The position numbers were made by a program, and so were the translations under genes. 64,000 nt of DNA, taken from NCBI GenBank assembly GCA_964450885.1, contig CAYVFE010000002.1, positions 15,192 through 79,191 on the forward strand. Direction: 5' to 3'. The notes under the pieces were generated by a model, which worked only from the letters and a program-made list of their open reading frames with translations, was not told the DNA's origin and did no database searches. This DNA is from an uncultured Gammaproteobacteria bacterium (GTDB lineage: Bacteria > Patescibacteriota > Microgenomatia > Levybacterales > GWA1-39-11). Of the stretch, positions 1 through 9,927 are shown piece by piece; the first letter of the stretch is position 1; each line of letters opens with the position of its first letter.

Positions 1-524
1 AGAGGATCATGTCCTTCAAGGATTCGCGGGATTATGAACTTTATTATTACTATAAAACTGATACCAAGTCCGATCAATGACCCTAGGCCTTTCCACCTGG
101 CTATAGCAAGTACTATAAGAACAAATAAAATAGCAGCCCACATTAGCTTGTCGAGTCTGTATTTGTCGGTGACGATGTATTCTGTAGAATTGTCTGGCCG
201 TGAGAATTCAAGGATTACTACTTTGTCGTCTTGCTTAAGTAGCATATCATCACTTAGTGTAGCTAGATTTCCATGTGTCAAAACTATAATCTTTCCCTTA
301 TCAGGCCCGTCCAGTAGCTCGAGTCTTAGGTCCTGATACTTATTTTTGAATTCACCACTTCCGGTTTCGCCTTCATCAACAACCTCCAAAACCTTTGCTT
401 TATAAAGATTTTCTTTTGGCATATTCGAGTTAGGCTGATTTTCCGGGGTGTTTTGTGCATCTGCCGGAAGAGGCGTCAGGATGTAAAACACAAGTAATGC
501 TAAAAGACCAATAATAAATTTCAT
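1..524 (-). CDS. Partial CDS running off the window start. Secreted/membrane protein with an N-terminal signal peptide: MKFIIGLLALLVFYILTPLPADAQNTPENQPNSNMPKENLYKAKVLEVVDEGETG..., with hydrophobic segments further on.
   Basis: Hand reverse-translation from ATG (complement of 522-524) gives an open frame to position 1 with a signal-peptide-like N-terminus. Not in the ORF track because it is truncated by the window edge. The antisense ORF 34..336 looks spurious. Confidence 0.5.
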   Translation of the reverse strand, partial: MKFIIGLLALLVFYILTPLPADAQNTPENQPNSNMPKENLYKAKVLEVVDEGETGSGEFKNKYQDLRLELLDGPDKGKIIVLTHGNLATLSDDMLLKQDDKVVILEFSRPDNSTEYIVTDKYRLDKLMWAAILFVLIVLAIARWKGLGSLIGLGISFIVIIKFIIPRILEGHDP

Positions 525-592
525 AATTCTATTGTAACAAAACAAGCGTTAAAATTGACAAATGCAAATCATTCGCATAAACTATACAAAAT

Positions 593-1006
593 ATGCTTAC
601 AAGTATTGAGAAAACCGGTCTGAAAAAGACAAAGACTAGGGAGGCGCTTATAGATATCTTTCGGAGACAATCAAAGCCTATCGATGTCTCTGAATCGATC
701 AGCCTACTTAGAAAAAAGGGTGTTTATTCTGACCAGGCAACTATATACAGGAGTTTGAATACATTTTCTGATAGGGGACTTGTCCGAGAAGTCCATTTCA
801 ATGATGGAGTAGTGCGCTATGAACTTGCAGATGTACCAGAGCACCATCATGCAGTATGCGTACGGTGTCACGCCATAGAGGATATTATGGATTGCTCTGT
901 AGATAGAATCGAAACCCAAATTTCAAAGAAGAAGGGATTTTCAGTCTTATCGCATTCTCTGGAATTTTTTGGGTTATGTAAAAATTGTAAATCTAAAAAA
1001 TCATGA
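593..1006 (+). CDS. zur: Fur-family metal-uptake transcriptional regulator (Zur-like)
   Basis: 137 aa. Fur-like metal-binding motifs HHHAVCVRCHAIEDI and C-x2-C near the C-terminus. Stop overlaps the start of a ZIP zinc transporter (1003). Confidence 0.7.
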   Translation: MLTSIEKTGLKKTKTREALIDIFRRQSKPIDVSESISLLRKKGVYSDQATIYRSLNTFSDRGLVREVHFNDGVVRYELADVPEHHHAVCVRCHAIEDIMDCSVDRIETQISKKKGFSVLSHSLEFFGLCKNCKSKKS

Positions 1007-1830
1007 ATTTATTGACATATATTATCTTATTTACTGCATTAGGGGGTGTTTTGTCACTTATCGGCGGCACATTGCTCTTGATGAATCGGAAGCTTGTCAA
1101 AATATCCCACTTGCTTTCATCCTTTGCGGCAGGAGCACTATTGGGAGCTGTCTTTTTTGAATTACTTCCGGAGGGAGTCCATCAGGCAGAGGAATCCATC
1201 GGGATATTGATGTTCTTTGTATATGTGCTGGGCGGGATTATAGTGTTCTACCTGCTCGAAAGGGTTTTACACTGGCAACACAATCATGATAGCGAGAGCG
1301 TAAAGGAGCCGATAATACCTATGATCATAATAGGAGATACAATTCATAATTTTGTTGATGGTATTGCGATTGCTGCTGCATTTTTAGTGAATATTCCGCT
1401 GGGAATAATAACCGCCTTAGTTGTTGGAGCTCATGAGATTCCGCAAGAAATAGGGGATTTTGGGGTTCTTTTGAGAAAAGGCCTTAAGAGAAGAAAAATC
1501 ATACTTATAAATTTTCTCAGCGCATTGGTTTCACTAATGGGGGCAATACTTACTTTTTATATAGGAACGTCATTTATAAATCTTTCAGTAATTTTTATAG
1601 CTATATCAGCCGGATTTTTCATGTATATTTCGCTTTCAAATCTTATCCCTGAAATTCATCAGGAAAATAGACGCGGTTTTGCAGTTACCGAAACTGCCGC
1701 GCTTCTTGGCGGACTACTGATTACCTATATTGCGATCACAAGTCTTCACAATTTTATTCCGGAAGACGCGCATGGGCATAATGAAGAGATTCACATAGAT
1801 GAGAATTTGAAAGGTGAGGATCTGGAATAA
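1003..1830 (+). CDS. zupT: ZIP-family zinc transporter (ZupT-like)
   Basis: 275 aa polytopic membrane protein with the ZIP signature HEIPQEIGDFGVL and a His-rich loop (HWQHNHDSE). Translationally coupled to the Fur-family gene. Confidence 0.75.
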   Translation: MNLLTYIILFTALGGVLSLIGGTLLLMNRKLVKISHLLSSFAAGALLGAVFFELLPEGVHQAEESIGILMFFVYVLGGIIVFYLLERVLHWQHNHDSESVKEPIIPMIIIGDTIHNFVDGIAIAAAFLVNIPLGIITALVVGAHEIPQEIGDFGVLLRKGLKRRKIILINFLSALVSLMGAILTFYIGTSFINLSVIFIAISAGFFMYISLSNLIPEIHQENRRGFAVTETAALLGGLLITYIAITSLHNFIPEDAHGHNEEIHIDENLKGEDLE

Positions 1831-1853
1831 TAGTCTTTAGAAGATAATTAAAT

Positions 1854-2309
1854 TTACTCGGTAACGGTAAGCGTTCCGACCATTCCCATTTCGCGGTGAT
1901 TTCCTACTGAGCAATAATATTCAAATTCGCCTGCTTCTGTTGGGGTAAATTCAACCTCTACCGTTTCACCTGGGTTTGCAACATCTGATCTAACGTCCAA
2001 TTCATCTACCACAAAGTCATGGGGCATATCTACTGCATTTAATACTACTTTTACAGTTTCACCAACTTGCACTGAAATTTCTGATGGATCAAACGAAAAA
2101 TCTTCTCCAGTCATATCTATAGTTCTAACCTCCATCATCGCATCTTCCTCCATCATCATATCGTCTGTAGATTCCTCTTCGACTATCGTTTCTGTGTTTT
2201 CTTGGGTCTCTACTGCTGCATCAGGAGTATTTTGTGAGTTTAAATAAAAATAACCTGCTGCTGCGGCTATTACGATTATGACTATCGCTATGAGGATTTT
2301 GGAATTCAT
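1854..2309 (-). CDS. Membrane-anchored cupredoxin (plastocyanin/halocyanin-like blue copper protein)
   Basis: N-terminal TM helix, acidic linker, C-terminal type-1 copper ligand pattern (H...YYCSVGNHREMGM). Confidence 0.6.
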   Translation of the reverse strand: MNSKILIAIVIIVIAAAAGYFYLNSQNTPDAAVETQENTETIVEEESTDDMMMEEDAMMEVRTIDMTGEDFSFDPSEISVQVGETVKVVLNAVDMPHDFVVDELDVRSDVANPGETVEVEFTPTEAGEFEYYCSVGNHREMGMVGTLTVTE

Positions 2310-2350
2310 TTATTAAGTTTTAATATAATTTTATTGCTTTGTCAAATATG

Positions 2351-2421
2351 TGGACCCGAGGGGAATTGAACCCCTTTCTTATCCATGCCATGGATACATT
2401 CTACCGGTGAACTACGGGCCC
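2351..2421 (-). tRNA. tRNA-Cys (anticodon GCA)
   Basis: Reverse complement GGGCCCGTAGTTCACCGGTAGAATGTATCCATGGCATGGATAAG...GGGTTCAATTCCCCTCGGGTCCA folds as a cloverleaf. Anticodon loop TGGCATG, T-loop GGTTCAATTCC. Boundaries approximate. Confidence 0.65.
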
Positions 2422-2588
2422 TACGTCAAATCAAGAATATCGTCTTCGCAAAAAAGTAAACTTATTTTGCTGCGACATTTATTCTGATTCTCCTTATTTC
2501 GCCCCGCTAAGCGGGACGACAGGTCTAGAAGTAGATTTTATCAAATATAATAGTTATTTCCTAGACAAGCGGTGGTAAAATAGGGCAC

Positions 2589-3788
2589 ATGCATATACCC
2601 CTGGCAGAAAAACTAAGACCCCAGAATCTCGATGAGTTTATAGGCCAACAGCATCTGGTGGCAAAAGGAAAACCTATCCGCAGGATGATCGTGACTGGAA
2701 ATGTGACCAGTATGATCCTCTGGGGCCCTCCAGGCTGTGGCAAGACGACTCTTGCGACAGTCATCGCCAACAGCATAGACGCAAACTTCGTATTTTTCTC
2801 AGCAGTAACCAGTGGAGTAGAGCAGGTCAGAAAAATCATAAAAGAAGCAGAGGAGGTTAGGAAGGAAAAAAAGCAAAAGACCATACTTTTCGTGGACGAG
2901 ATCCATAGATTCAATAAATCCCAGCAGGATGCTTTCCTACCCCATGTAGAAAACGGAACTATAATCCTGATTGGAGCGACAACCGAAAATCCAGGCTTCA
3001 GGATCAACGCACCACTTCTGTCGAGGAGCCAGTTATTCGTTCTAAAACAACTTTCAGATGAAGACATCGAGAAGGTAGTCAAACGTGCAATTTCTTTTTA
3101 TCCCAAGGCAACAATCGATAATGAAGCCATTTCGCATATCATTCATTTTTCAAATGGCGACGCGCGGTTTGCTATCAACGCCGTAGAGACTGCAGTAACC
3201 GTAAAAAACAGAATAAATCTCAAAGTTGCAGAAGAAGCAATTCAGAAGAGGGCGGTATATTATGATAAAAAAGGGGATTATCACTATGACACGATTTCTG
3301 CATTTATAAAATCGATGCGTGGAGGTGACCCAGACGCGACTCTTCATTATCTCGCACGTATGATAAAGGCAGGTGAGGATCCGATATTTATCGCAAGACG
3401 CATGGTTATATTTGCTGCAGAGGACATAGGAAATGCCCAACCCACTGCATTAGTACTTGCTACAAGTTCTATGCAGGCAGTCCATATGATAGGTCTTCCT
3501 GAAGCACAACTTATACTTGCACAGACTGCAACTTATCTTGCTACGAGTAAAAAATCGATTGCATCAACAAATGGAATATTTGCAGCTCTCTCTGATATCG
3601 AGATAGAAAATCTTCCGCCTATCCCCATGCATTTGAGAAATGACGCAAATAAAGTAATGAAGGGCCTCGGATACGGAAAAGGACACATAAGATACGCATG
3701 GCGCGAAGAAAAAAAGGGCAAGAAAATAAACCAGAGCTATCTACCGGAGAGATTAAAGAATAAAAAGTACTACGAAAAAGATTGGTAG
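2589..3788 (+). CDS. rarA: Replication-associated recombination protein A (AAA+ ATPase RarA/MgsA)
   Basis: 399 aa. Walker A GPPGCGKTTLA, Walker B ILFVDEIHRFNK, C-terminal MgsA domain. Confidence 0.85.
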   Translation: MHIPLAEKLRPQNLDEFIGQQHLVAKGKPIRRMIVTGNVTSMILWGPPGCGKTTLATVIANSIDANFVFFSAVTSGVEQVRKIIKEAEEVRKEKKQKTILFVDEIHRFNKSQQDAFLPHVENGTIILIGATTENPGFRINAPLLSRSQLFVLKQLSDEDIEKVVKRAISFYPKATIDNEAISHIIHFSNGDARFAINAVETAVTVKNRINLKVAEEAIQKRAVYYDKKGDYHYDTISAFIKSMRGGDPDATLHYLARMIKAGEDPIFIARRMVIFAAEDIGNAQPTALVLATSSMQAVHMIGLPEAQLILAQTATYLATSKKSIASTNGIFAALSDIEIENLPPIPMHLRNDANKVMKGLGYGKGHIRYAWREEKKGKKINQSYLPERLKNKKYYEKDW

Positions 3789-3809
3789 AACTTTTGTTAC
3801 ACTAGTTCT

Positions 3810-4388
3810 ATGACCGGTAGAACCCATGATCTTGCAGCTTTCACAGCACTTACTGCGACTGTCGCATATTTTCCTCTGACAGAAATGACTCTCGCAACAG
3901 CGATAGTAGCGTTCACTGCAAACATGGTCGGCGCCTTAGCACCCGACATAGACCAGACAACATCTTCTATATGGGAAAAGGTGAGATTTGGAAGAATACT
4001 AAGCGGCATCGTATCTCCGCTTTTTGGGAAACACAGATTTTTGTCTCATTCTTTAGTCGGATTAGTCTTATTTGCTATAGGAGTTAGGTTTTTACTAGGA
4101 CTGATAGGTGCGGTGCTCTTGGTCGATATGAATATCGTATGGATCTCTTTTATGATTGGGTTTATTTCTCACCTTCTGACTGATATGCTGACTCGGGATG
4201 GAATACCACTTTTATTTCCCTTTCCAATAAAATTTGGCATCCCGCCAATTAGGGCCTTTAGAATCAAAACCAAAGGATTTGCAGAAAAAAGCATCATCTT
4301 TCCCGGCTTGATACTCCTTAATATGTATATCTTCTATATGAACTACGAAAAGTTTCTGGAGTTTTTCAGAGAATACTTAATACGATAA
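3810..4388 (+). CDS. YdjM-like membrane-bound metal-dependent hydrolase (DUF457)
   Basis: Pattern LAPDIDQ...HRFLSHSL...SHLLTDMLTRDGIPLLFP parallels E. coli YdjM (LPDIDH...HRGFTHSL...SHILADMLTPAGVPLLWP). Confidence 0.55.
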   Translation: MTGRTHDLAAFTALTATVAYFPLTEMTLATAIVAFTANMVGALAPDIDQTTSSIWEKVRFGRILSGIVSPLFGKHRFLSHSLVGLVLFAIGVRFLLGLIGAVLLVDMNIVWISFMIGFISHLLTDMLTRDGIPLLFPFPIKFGIPPIRAFRIKTKGFAEKSIIFPGLILLNMYIFYMNYEKFLEFFREYLIR

Positions 4389-4398
4389 AATCTGTAAT

Positions 4399-4416
4399 CC
4401 CGCTTGCGGGATTAAG
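4399..4416. terminator. GC-rich hairpin AATCCCGC-ttgc-GGGATT between ydjM-like (+) and tRNA-Leu (-); T-run on the minus-strand side
   Basis: Perfect 7-bp inverted repeat followed on the minus strand by ACAGATTTTAT. Likely terminator for the minus-strand tRNA transcript and/or the convergent plus gene. Confidence 0.35.
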
Positions 4417-4492
4417 TAAGGAGGAATAGACGAGAAACCGAAGTTTTTTGATTTTTCAAAAACGAAGGTGTGAAGTCTTAGTTCCGACGTAG

Positions 4493-4574
4493 TGCCCGGG
4501 GAGGGATTCGAACCCTCAAGACCAAAGGTCACAGGATTTTAAGTCCTGCGTGTATACCATTCCACCACCCGGGC
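4493..4574 (-). tRNA. tRNA-Leu (anticodon TAA)
   Basis: Reverse complement GCCCGGGTGGTGGAATGGTA...CAGGACTTAAAATCCTG...GGGTTCGAATCCCTCCCCGGGCA. Long variable arm, anticodon loop CTTAAAA. Confidence 0.7.
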
Positions 4575-4615
4575 TAGCTAATAAGGGAATTATACTAAAT
4601 ACGACAATGAAGATA

Positions 4616-5338
4616 CTAGTCGTTTAGATGTTCTTTTTTGAGGGTCTTTTTAATATCCTTGTACGTTGCATGCTCCATTTGTTTTTTTGTAAGTCTAAGC
4701 TCTCTTTTATACTTTATATACTCGATTACCATCGGCAGGATAGAAATCACGATTATAACCACCACTGCATAGTGGAAATTGTGCTGTATAAATGGCAGCC
4801 CACCGAAAAAGTACCCCGCGAAAGTAAATAAAGTTACCCAAAGAAAACCACCTACTATATTATATAAAAGAAAAGTGCGGTAGTGCATTTTCCCTACACC
4901 TGCTACAAATGGAGCAAACGTTCTTAAAATAGGAAGGAAGCGCGCCAAAATTATAGTTTTTCCGCCATGTTTATCATAGAACTCACGGGTTTTTTCCAAA
5001 TATGCTTTTTTGAATATCCTTGAGTTTTCTTTACTAAATACTCGAGGCCCTATGTGATGTCCTATCCAATAATTTACTGTGTCTCCGAGTATCGCCGCAA
5101 CAAGTAGAGATAAATAAGTAATAACTATATTTAAATGACCTGCTCCAGAAAGAGTTCCTGCTACAAAAAGCAATGAATCTCCAGGTAAAAAGGGAGCAAC
5201 TACTAGTCCTGTTTCTGCAAATACTATCCCAAAAAGGATCACGTATGTAAAAGGCCCGAACGCGTTTATGATGTTTGCCAGATGCTCATCCAGGTGAAGA
5301 AAGAGGTCGAATAGAAAGATTATTAAATCCATTTTCAA
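4616..5338 (-). CDS. DedA/SNARE-associated family membrane protein
   Basis: 240 aa. DedA hallmark [18 protein letters not shown] and a multi-TM profile. Confidence 0.7.
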   Translation of the reverse strand: MKMDLIIFLFDLFLHLDEHLANIINAFGPFTYVILFGIVFAETGLVVAPFLPGDSLLFVAGTLSGAGHLNIVITYLSLLVAAILGDTVNYWIGHHIGPRVFSKENSRIFKKAYLEKTREFYDKHGGKTIILARFLPILRTFAPFVAGVGKMHYRTFLLYNIVGGFLWVTLFTFAGYFFGGLPFIQHNFHYAVVVIIVISILPMVIEYIKYKRELRLTKKQMEHATYKDIKKTLKKEHLND

Positions 5339-5380
5339 ATAGTATCAAAAAATCCCCGAAACTAAAATACCCAGAATTAT

Positions 5381-6322
5381 CTATTCGTGCACAGGTGGAG
5401 TCTCACCAAGCTCGATAAGAGTGTAGTCGAGTAGGTCTTTCATCTCCTGTCTTCTGTTCTGGCTATTCAAAAGCACCGCGATAATAGTTCTATCGTTATA
5501 CTCCAGATAGGTAATGAGACACAGTCCTGCTTCCCAGGTAAATCCCGTCTTTACTCCTATAACCCCAGGATAGGAAGTCAAAAGGTTGGTGTCGTTATAT
5601 AAGTAAAAATACTTGTGATATTTAGTAGCGGGCAGTTCTTTTTCATATGTTCCTACAACTTTTCTAAATGTTTGGTTTTCCATGGCAAGCTTTGTAAGTT
5701 TTAGAAGATCGACCGCAGTTGAGTACTGATCACCATCACCCTCAAGACCAGAGGGATTAGTAAAATTAGTGTCATTCATGCCGAGTTGTTTTGCACGAAT
5801 ATTCATTTCATCCACAAATCCATTTCGTCCATAATAACTTCCCTCAGCTATGACCTCTGCGGCATCGTTTCCCGACGGAAGAAGAAGTCCATACAATAGC
5901 TCTTCAAGCCTAAAAACCTCCCCCTCAGAGACCCCCATAGAATTTTCGCCAACCGACGCAGCGGACTTGCTGACTCTATATATTTTGTCAGCTCCCTCCT
6001 CTAGGGCGAGAAAGGCAGTCATTATTTTCGTAAGAGACGCCATAGGAAGCTTTTCATTTATGTTTTTTGAGAACACCATCTTTCCGGAAGACATGTCATA
6101 AGAGGCTGCAGACTGTGCAGAAAGTACTAATCTTTGATCGAATATACCACCCACTTGAGGAGTATTGGGCGTCCAAGTTGGGTAGACAGGATCCAGCTCC
6201 TCTTCAGGCTGTGCAACAGGAGAAAGCATAGAGCCTAAAGATAGATTGGGGTTTTTCAAAAAAAGCTGCGCGGAAAACAAAACGAATGCGATAACCACTG
6301 CTACAAATATACCTTTTAGCAT
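5381..6322 (-). CDS. dacA: D-alanyl-D-alanine carboxypeptidase (S11 peptidase, PBP5/DacA-like)
   Basis: Signal/TM anchor, SxxK active site (ASLTKIMT), SGN motif (LPSGNDAA), KTG motif (GVKTGFT). Confidence 0.75.
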   Translation of the reverse strand: MLKGIFVAVVIAFVLFSAQLFLKNPNLSLGSMLSPVAQPEEELDPVYPTWTPNTPQVGGIFDQRLVLSAQSAASYDMSSGKMVFSKNINEKLPMASLTKIMTAFLALEEGADKIYRVSKSAASVGENSMGVSEGEVFRLEELLYGLLLPSGNDAAEVIAEGSYYGRNGFVDEMNIRAKQLGMNDTNFTNPSGLEGDGDQYSTAVDLLKLTKLAMENQTFRKVVGTYEKELPATKYHKYFYLYNDTNLLTSYPGVIGVKTGFTWEAGLCLITYLEYNDRTIIAVLLNSQNRRQEMKDLLDYTLIELGETPPVHE

Positions 6323-6391
6323 TAAATCATTATAAAAATATATGATGTGTGTTGCAACAGAATACTACAAAATGTATTATTAGAAGAATAA

Positions 6392-7684
6392 ATGTCAAAG
6401 CAACTAGATGTTTTTCTCGAAACAGCACAACTTATAAAAAACGTAGGGAAAAAGTATAACTACAAAGAAGATGTTATCGAGGCATTCATCAATCCAAATA
6501 GGATAGTCGAGGTATCGTTGCCTGTGGAAATTGACGGGAAGATCAAGGTATTTAAAGGATTCAGGTCTCAGCATAACAACACACACGGCCCCTATAAAGG
6601 TGGAATAAGATTCCATGAAGAAGTAACACGTTCTGAAGTAATGGCGCTTTCGATATGGATGAGCTTAAAAACAGCTGTAATAGGACTTCCTTACGGCGGA
6701 GCAAAAGGCGGAGTAATCGTTGATCCAAAAGAATTATCCGAAAAGCACTTGGAGAATTTATCCCGCGAATATGCAAGAAAGATATACGATATGATAGGCC
6801 CAGACAAAGATATTCCAGCGCCTGATGTAAATACAAATCCAAAAATCATCAACTGGATGGTAGATGAATATGTAAAAATCGCAAAGGAAAAGGAAAGTAC
6901 GTATTCGGAAGAAGCGCTTTATGGGACTTTTACAGGAAAATCTATCAAAAATCATGGGTTAGATGGACGTGAAGAGGCGACTGGATTTGGAGGAGCAGTG
7001 ATCCTTCGTGAGCTCGCAAAAAAGCAAGGTAAAAATCCATCTGATATGACTGTGGCAGTCCAGGGATTTGGAAATGTGGGTTATTTTTTCAGCAAATTTG
7101 CTTCAGATTTTGGATTCAAGATAGTTACCGTTAGTGACTCGAAAGGTGCTGTTACGGATAAATCAGCAGCCCTGCACACAGGACTTGATATCGAAAAAGT
7201 ATATGCATGTAAGTTAGAAAAGGGAATGATTTCAGGATGCTACTGCGTTGGAGGAGTCTGTGACATAAATGAGGGGAAAGAGTTATCAAACGAACAGCTT
7301 CTTACACTTCCTGTTGATGTTCTGGTGCCATCAGCGCTGGGTAACGTAATAAATGAAAATAATATGAAAGACATAAAAGCAAAAACGATAATCGAGATGG
7401 CAAATGGCCCAGTCAGCCCTGATGCTCATAAATATCTTACAGAAAAAGGTGTTGTAATTGTCCCTGATATCCTAGCAAACGCGGCAGGAGTTACAGCTTC
7501 ATATCTCGAATGGAGACAAAATGTGGAGGGCATAAGGATGCAAAACAAAGAGGTTTTGGACGAACTTGAAAAAATACTTTCAAAGGCTTTTTCAAATGTC
7601 TGGAAAGAGTCTGAGGATAGAAATATCGACTTGAGATATGCCTCTTATGGAATAGCCTTCAAAAGGTTACTAGGCAATCCCTAA
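6392..7684 (+). CDS. gdhA: Glutamate dehydrogenase (NAD(P)+)
   Basis: 430 aa. GDH glycine-rich substrate motif GLPYGGAKGG and Rossmann motif GFGNVG. Confidence 0.85.
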   Translation: MSKQLDVFLETAQLIKNVGKKYNYKEDVIEAFINPNRIVEVSLPVEIDGKIKVFKGFRSQHNNTHGPYKGGIRFHEEVTRSEVMALSIWMSLKTAVIGLPYGGAKGGVIVDPKELSEKHLENLSREYARKIYDMIGPDKDIPAPDVNTNPKIINWMVDEYVKIAKEKESTYSEEALYGTFTGKSIKNHGLDGREEATGFGGAVILRELAKKQGKNPSDMTVAVQGFGNVGYFFSKFASDFGFKIVTVSDSKGAVTDKSAALHTGLDIEKVYACKLEKGMISGCYCVGGVCDINEGKELSNEQLLTLPVDVLVPSALGNVINENNMKDIKAKTIIEMANGPVSPDAHKYLTEKGVVIVPDILANAAGVTASYLEWRQNVEGIRMQNKEVLDELEKILSKAFSNVWKESEDRNIDLRYASYGIAFKRLLGNP

Positions 7685-7688
7685 TATT

Positions 7689-8279
7689 ATGAGCACCACA
7701 AATTACAAAAAACACAGCTCGCCCAATCCTATTCAAAAAAAACTGATAGATAATTTCTATTCGACTGTAATAAAGATCCTAAGGCCACTTGAGGTAGATA
7801 GCATTCTGGATGTCGGGTGCGGAGAGGGTTTTACTTTAGATAAATTCAAAAAAGAGGGTATAGGTAAAAAGTTATCAGGAATCGACTATTCGGATGATGC
7901 ACTAGAACTAGGAGCAAAAATCTACCCAGATCTCGATCTTAAAAAAGGAGATATATATGACATAAAAGCAAAAGAAAATTCTTTCGATCTTGTCATGGCA
8001 ACTGAGGTTCTTGAGCATCTGGATGATCCGAATAAAGCTCTCAAGGAACTTATCAGGGTAAGCAGAAAATATATAATGCTTTCTGTCCCAAATGAACCAT
8101 TTTTTATAGGAGCAAATTTTTTGAGAGGGAAATACCTCAAAAGCTTTGGAAATCACCCAGAGCACATAAACCATTGGACATTTATTGGTTTTGAAAAGTT
8201 TTTAAAGAAAAACGGGCTGAAGATAGTTGAGAGCAAACATCCTTTTGCGTGGACACTGATACTTGCAGAGAAAAAATAA
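7689..8279 (+). CDS. Class I SAM-dependent methyltransferase
   Basis: SAM-binding motif I LDVGCGEG and motif post-I. 196 aa. Confidence 0.6.
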   Translation: MSTTNYKKHSSPNPIQKKLIDNFYSTVIKILRPLEVDSILDVGCGEGFTLDKFKKEGIGKKLSGIDYSDDALELGAKIYPDLDLKKGDIYDIKAKENSFDLVMATEVLEHLDDPNKALKELIRVSRKYIMLSVPNEPFFIGANFLRGKYLKSFGNHPEHINHWTFIGFEKFLKKNGLKIVESKHPFAWTLILAEKK

Positions 8280-8297
8280 TCCCTATTTTGACAAAGA

Positions 8298-8330
8298 AAA
8301 AACCCATCGGTTAAGATGGGTTTTTATCAC
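8298..8330. terminator. Bidirectional rho-independent terminator between convergent methyltransferase (+) and corA (-)
   Basis: AAAAAACCCATC-ggttaa-GATGGGTTTTTAT: perfect stem flanked by A-run and T-run, so it functions on both strands. A second 9-bp inverted repeat TTTTCTAAA/TTTAGAAAA lies at about 8351-8384. Confidence 0.6.
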
Positions 8331-8457
8331 TAAGGTAGCCCAACATATTTTCTAAAAAACTACTTTAGAAAATATGACTAACTTTATAATATTTTCCAAG
8401 TCTTCTTATGTCAAGATGGAAAAAACGCAAAAATAGGCTTATATTAATTTTGCTAGA

Positions 8458-9414
8458 TTAAAGCCATTTTTTGTAATAGAAGATCAAAAATGCGATACCC
8501 CAGATAATAAGAGTTCCCCATATGAGATATGCAAATATAAATGGGTTATCCTGAAAAGGAAGTGCGATGTTCATTCCGTAAATTCCTCCTATCACCGTCG
8601 GAATTGATAGTAAAATAGTCATAACTGTCAGAAGCTTAATTATCTTATTCAAATTATTTGTAAATATAACCTGATAAGAATCCCTGACACCACGAATACT
8701 CTTGACACTTAGTTTACAAAGATCTGCCGACTGTCTAAATCCGATCATAAGGTCCTCTAGAATGTCTTTATCCTCTTCATGAATACTTATATATTTCTTG
8801 GCGACAATCGTCTCAAGAGAATTATTCATCAAAACGAGTGCCGAAATATATTGATTTAGTATTTCTTCGCTTTCCGCAAGCACAATAAAGTCTTTACTAT
8901 CGATTCTTTTTAACTCGCGCCTTCCACGGGGAACCTTATTACTAACTTGTTTCGTTTTTAACGTGTACTCCTGCGCAACCCTAAGTAGAAGCTTTAGGAC
9001 AAGCTTGATTTTCTGGGTAGTAGCTATCTTTGTGGCCTGATCTATCATCTTGTCGATGAGGGGATTTACAGTCGGAGATATCGTAATTAGATATTTGTCT
9101 GTAAGAATTATCGCCATAAGCTCTGTATAAAGCTCTTCGTTCTCTCCGGTTGGGTAACGGGTGTATATGATAAATCCCTCTTCCTGTCTCTCTACGCGGG
9201 GTAGTTCGTAACGATCAAGTGCGTCCCGAAGATCCGCCACCTGCAGACCTGTAAGCTCAGCAATCTTTTCAATATCCTCATTCGTCGCTTTATCGACATT
9301 TATCCAGCTTCCTGGTTTTGGAGTGCTCGTTTTCTTGAATTTCTTGTCTTTTAATGTTTTATAAAAAATCGATAGCATGAATTTATTGTAACAAAAAAGA
9401 AGACTTGTCAACAA
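8458..9414 (-). CDS. corA: CorA-family magnesium/cobalt transporter
   Basis: C-terminal two TM helices with the YGMN signature (IYGMNIALPF). Start may be the downstream Met (MLSIFYK). Confidence 0.8.
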   Translation of the reverse strand: MLTSLLFCYNKFMLSIFYKTLKDKKFKKTSTPKPGSWINVDKATNEDIEKIAELTGLQVADLRDALDRYELPRVERQEEGFIIYTRYPTGENEELYTELMAIILTDKYLITISPTVNPLIDKMIDQATKIATTQKIKLVLKLLLRVAQEYTLKTKQVSNKVPRGRRELKRIDSKDFIVLAESEEILNQYISALVLMNNSLETIVAKKYISIHEEDKDILEDLMIGFRQSADLCKLSVKSIRGVRDSYQVIFTNNLNKIIKLLTVMTILLSIPTVIGGIYGMNIALPFQDNPFIFAYLIWGTLIIWGIAFLIFYYKKWL

Positions 9415-9425
9415 ACGTTTTAAGA

Positions 9426-9881
9426 TTAGGAGCGCCTGACGAGTTTTGCGGAGTAAACGATTTCCTGGACTTGTCCTTCGGCGGTCTCAAACTGTCTCTG
9501 TCCTGTGAGTCGTGCGTATTCCTGTAGATATTCGGAAAGAGAATCTTTTGCTTCCTTAAGATCTGTCTTCTTGTCTTTTACCTTGGCAAAGATATTTGAC
9601 ACGTCAGGTCTTTTCATTATCTCTGCTTTTGTAGCATTTTTAACCTTACTTGCTTGCTTTGCATCCTCTACATGCTTTTTATAGACTTCATCATTCTCGA
9701 GAACGCTATTTATCATCTCGTCGAGTGGCTTTACCTCATCACCGATAGTATCGATCCTATTTAGAGTTTCATTTATAAGATTCTGAAGGTTGGTTATCAC
9801 TATCGCATCAGATCCTTCTGAGCTCTCTGATTCCTCAATAATCTCACCATCCTGTATTTCTTCTTGGTTATTTTCGTCCAT
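9426..9881 (-). CDS. Hypothetical acidic coiled-coil protein
   Basis: 151 aa, highly charged, no recognisable motif. Upstream of corA on the same strand. Confidence 0.35.
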   Translation of the reverse strand: MDENNQEEIQDGEIIEESESSEGSDAIVITNLQNLINETLNRIDTIGDEVKPLDEMINSVLENDEVYKKHVEDAKQASKVKNATKAEIMKRPDVSNIFAKVKDKKTDLKEAKDSLSEYLQEYARLTGQRQFETAEGQVQEIVYSAKLVRRS

Positions 9882-9927
9882 AGAATACTACTTTAATCAA
9901 AGTAGCGGTAAAAAATCAAGTCCCTGA

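Noticed and set aside
34-336. Track ORF (100 aa, + strand) at the window start
   Set aside because: Low-complexity translation with no RBS. Antisense to a longer minus-strand frame (1-524) that has a signal peptide and coherent domain-like sequence.
2561-3082. Track ORF (173 aa, - strand) antisense to rarA
   Set aside because: Entirely within the well-supported rarA gene. No motif, no RBS.
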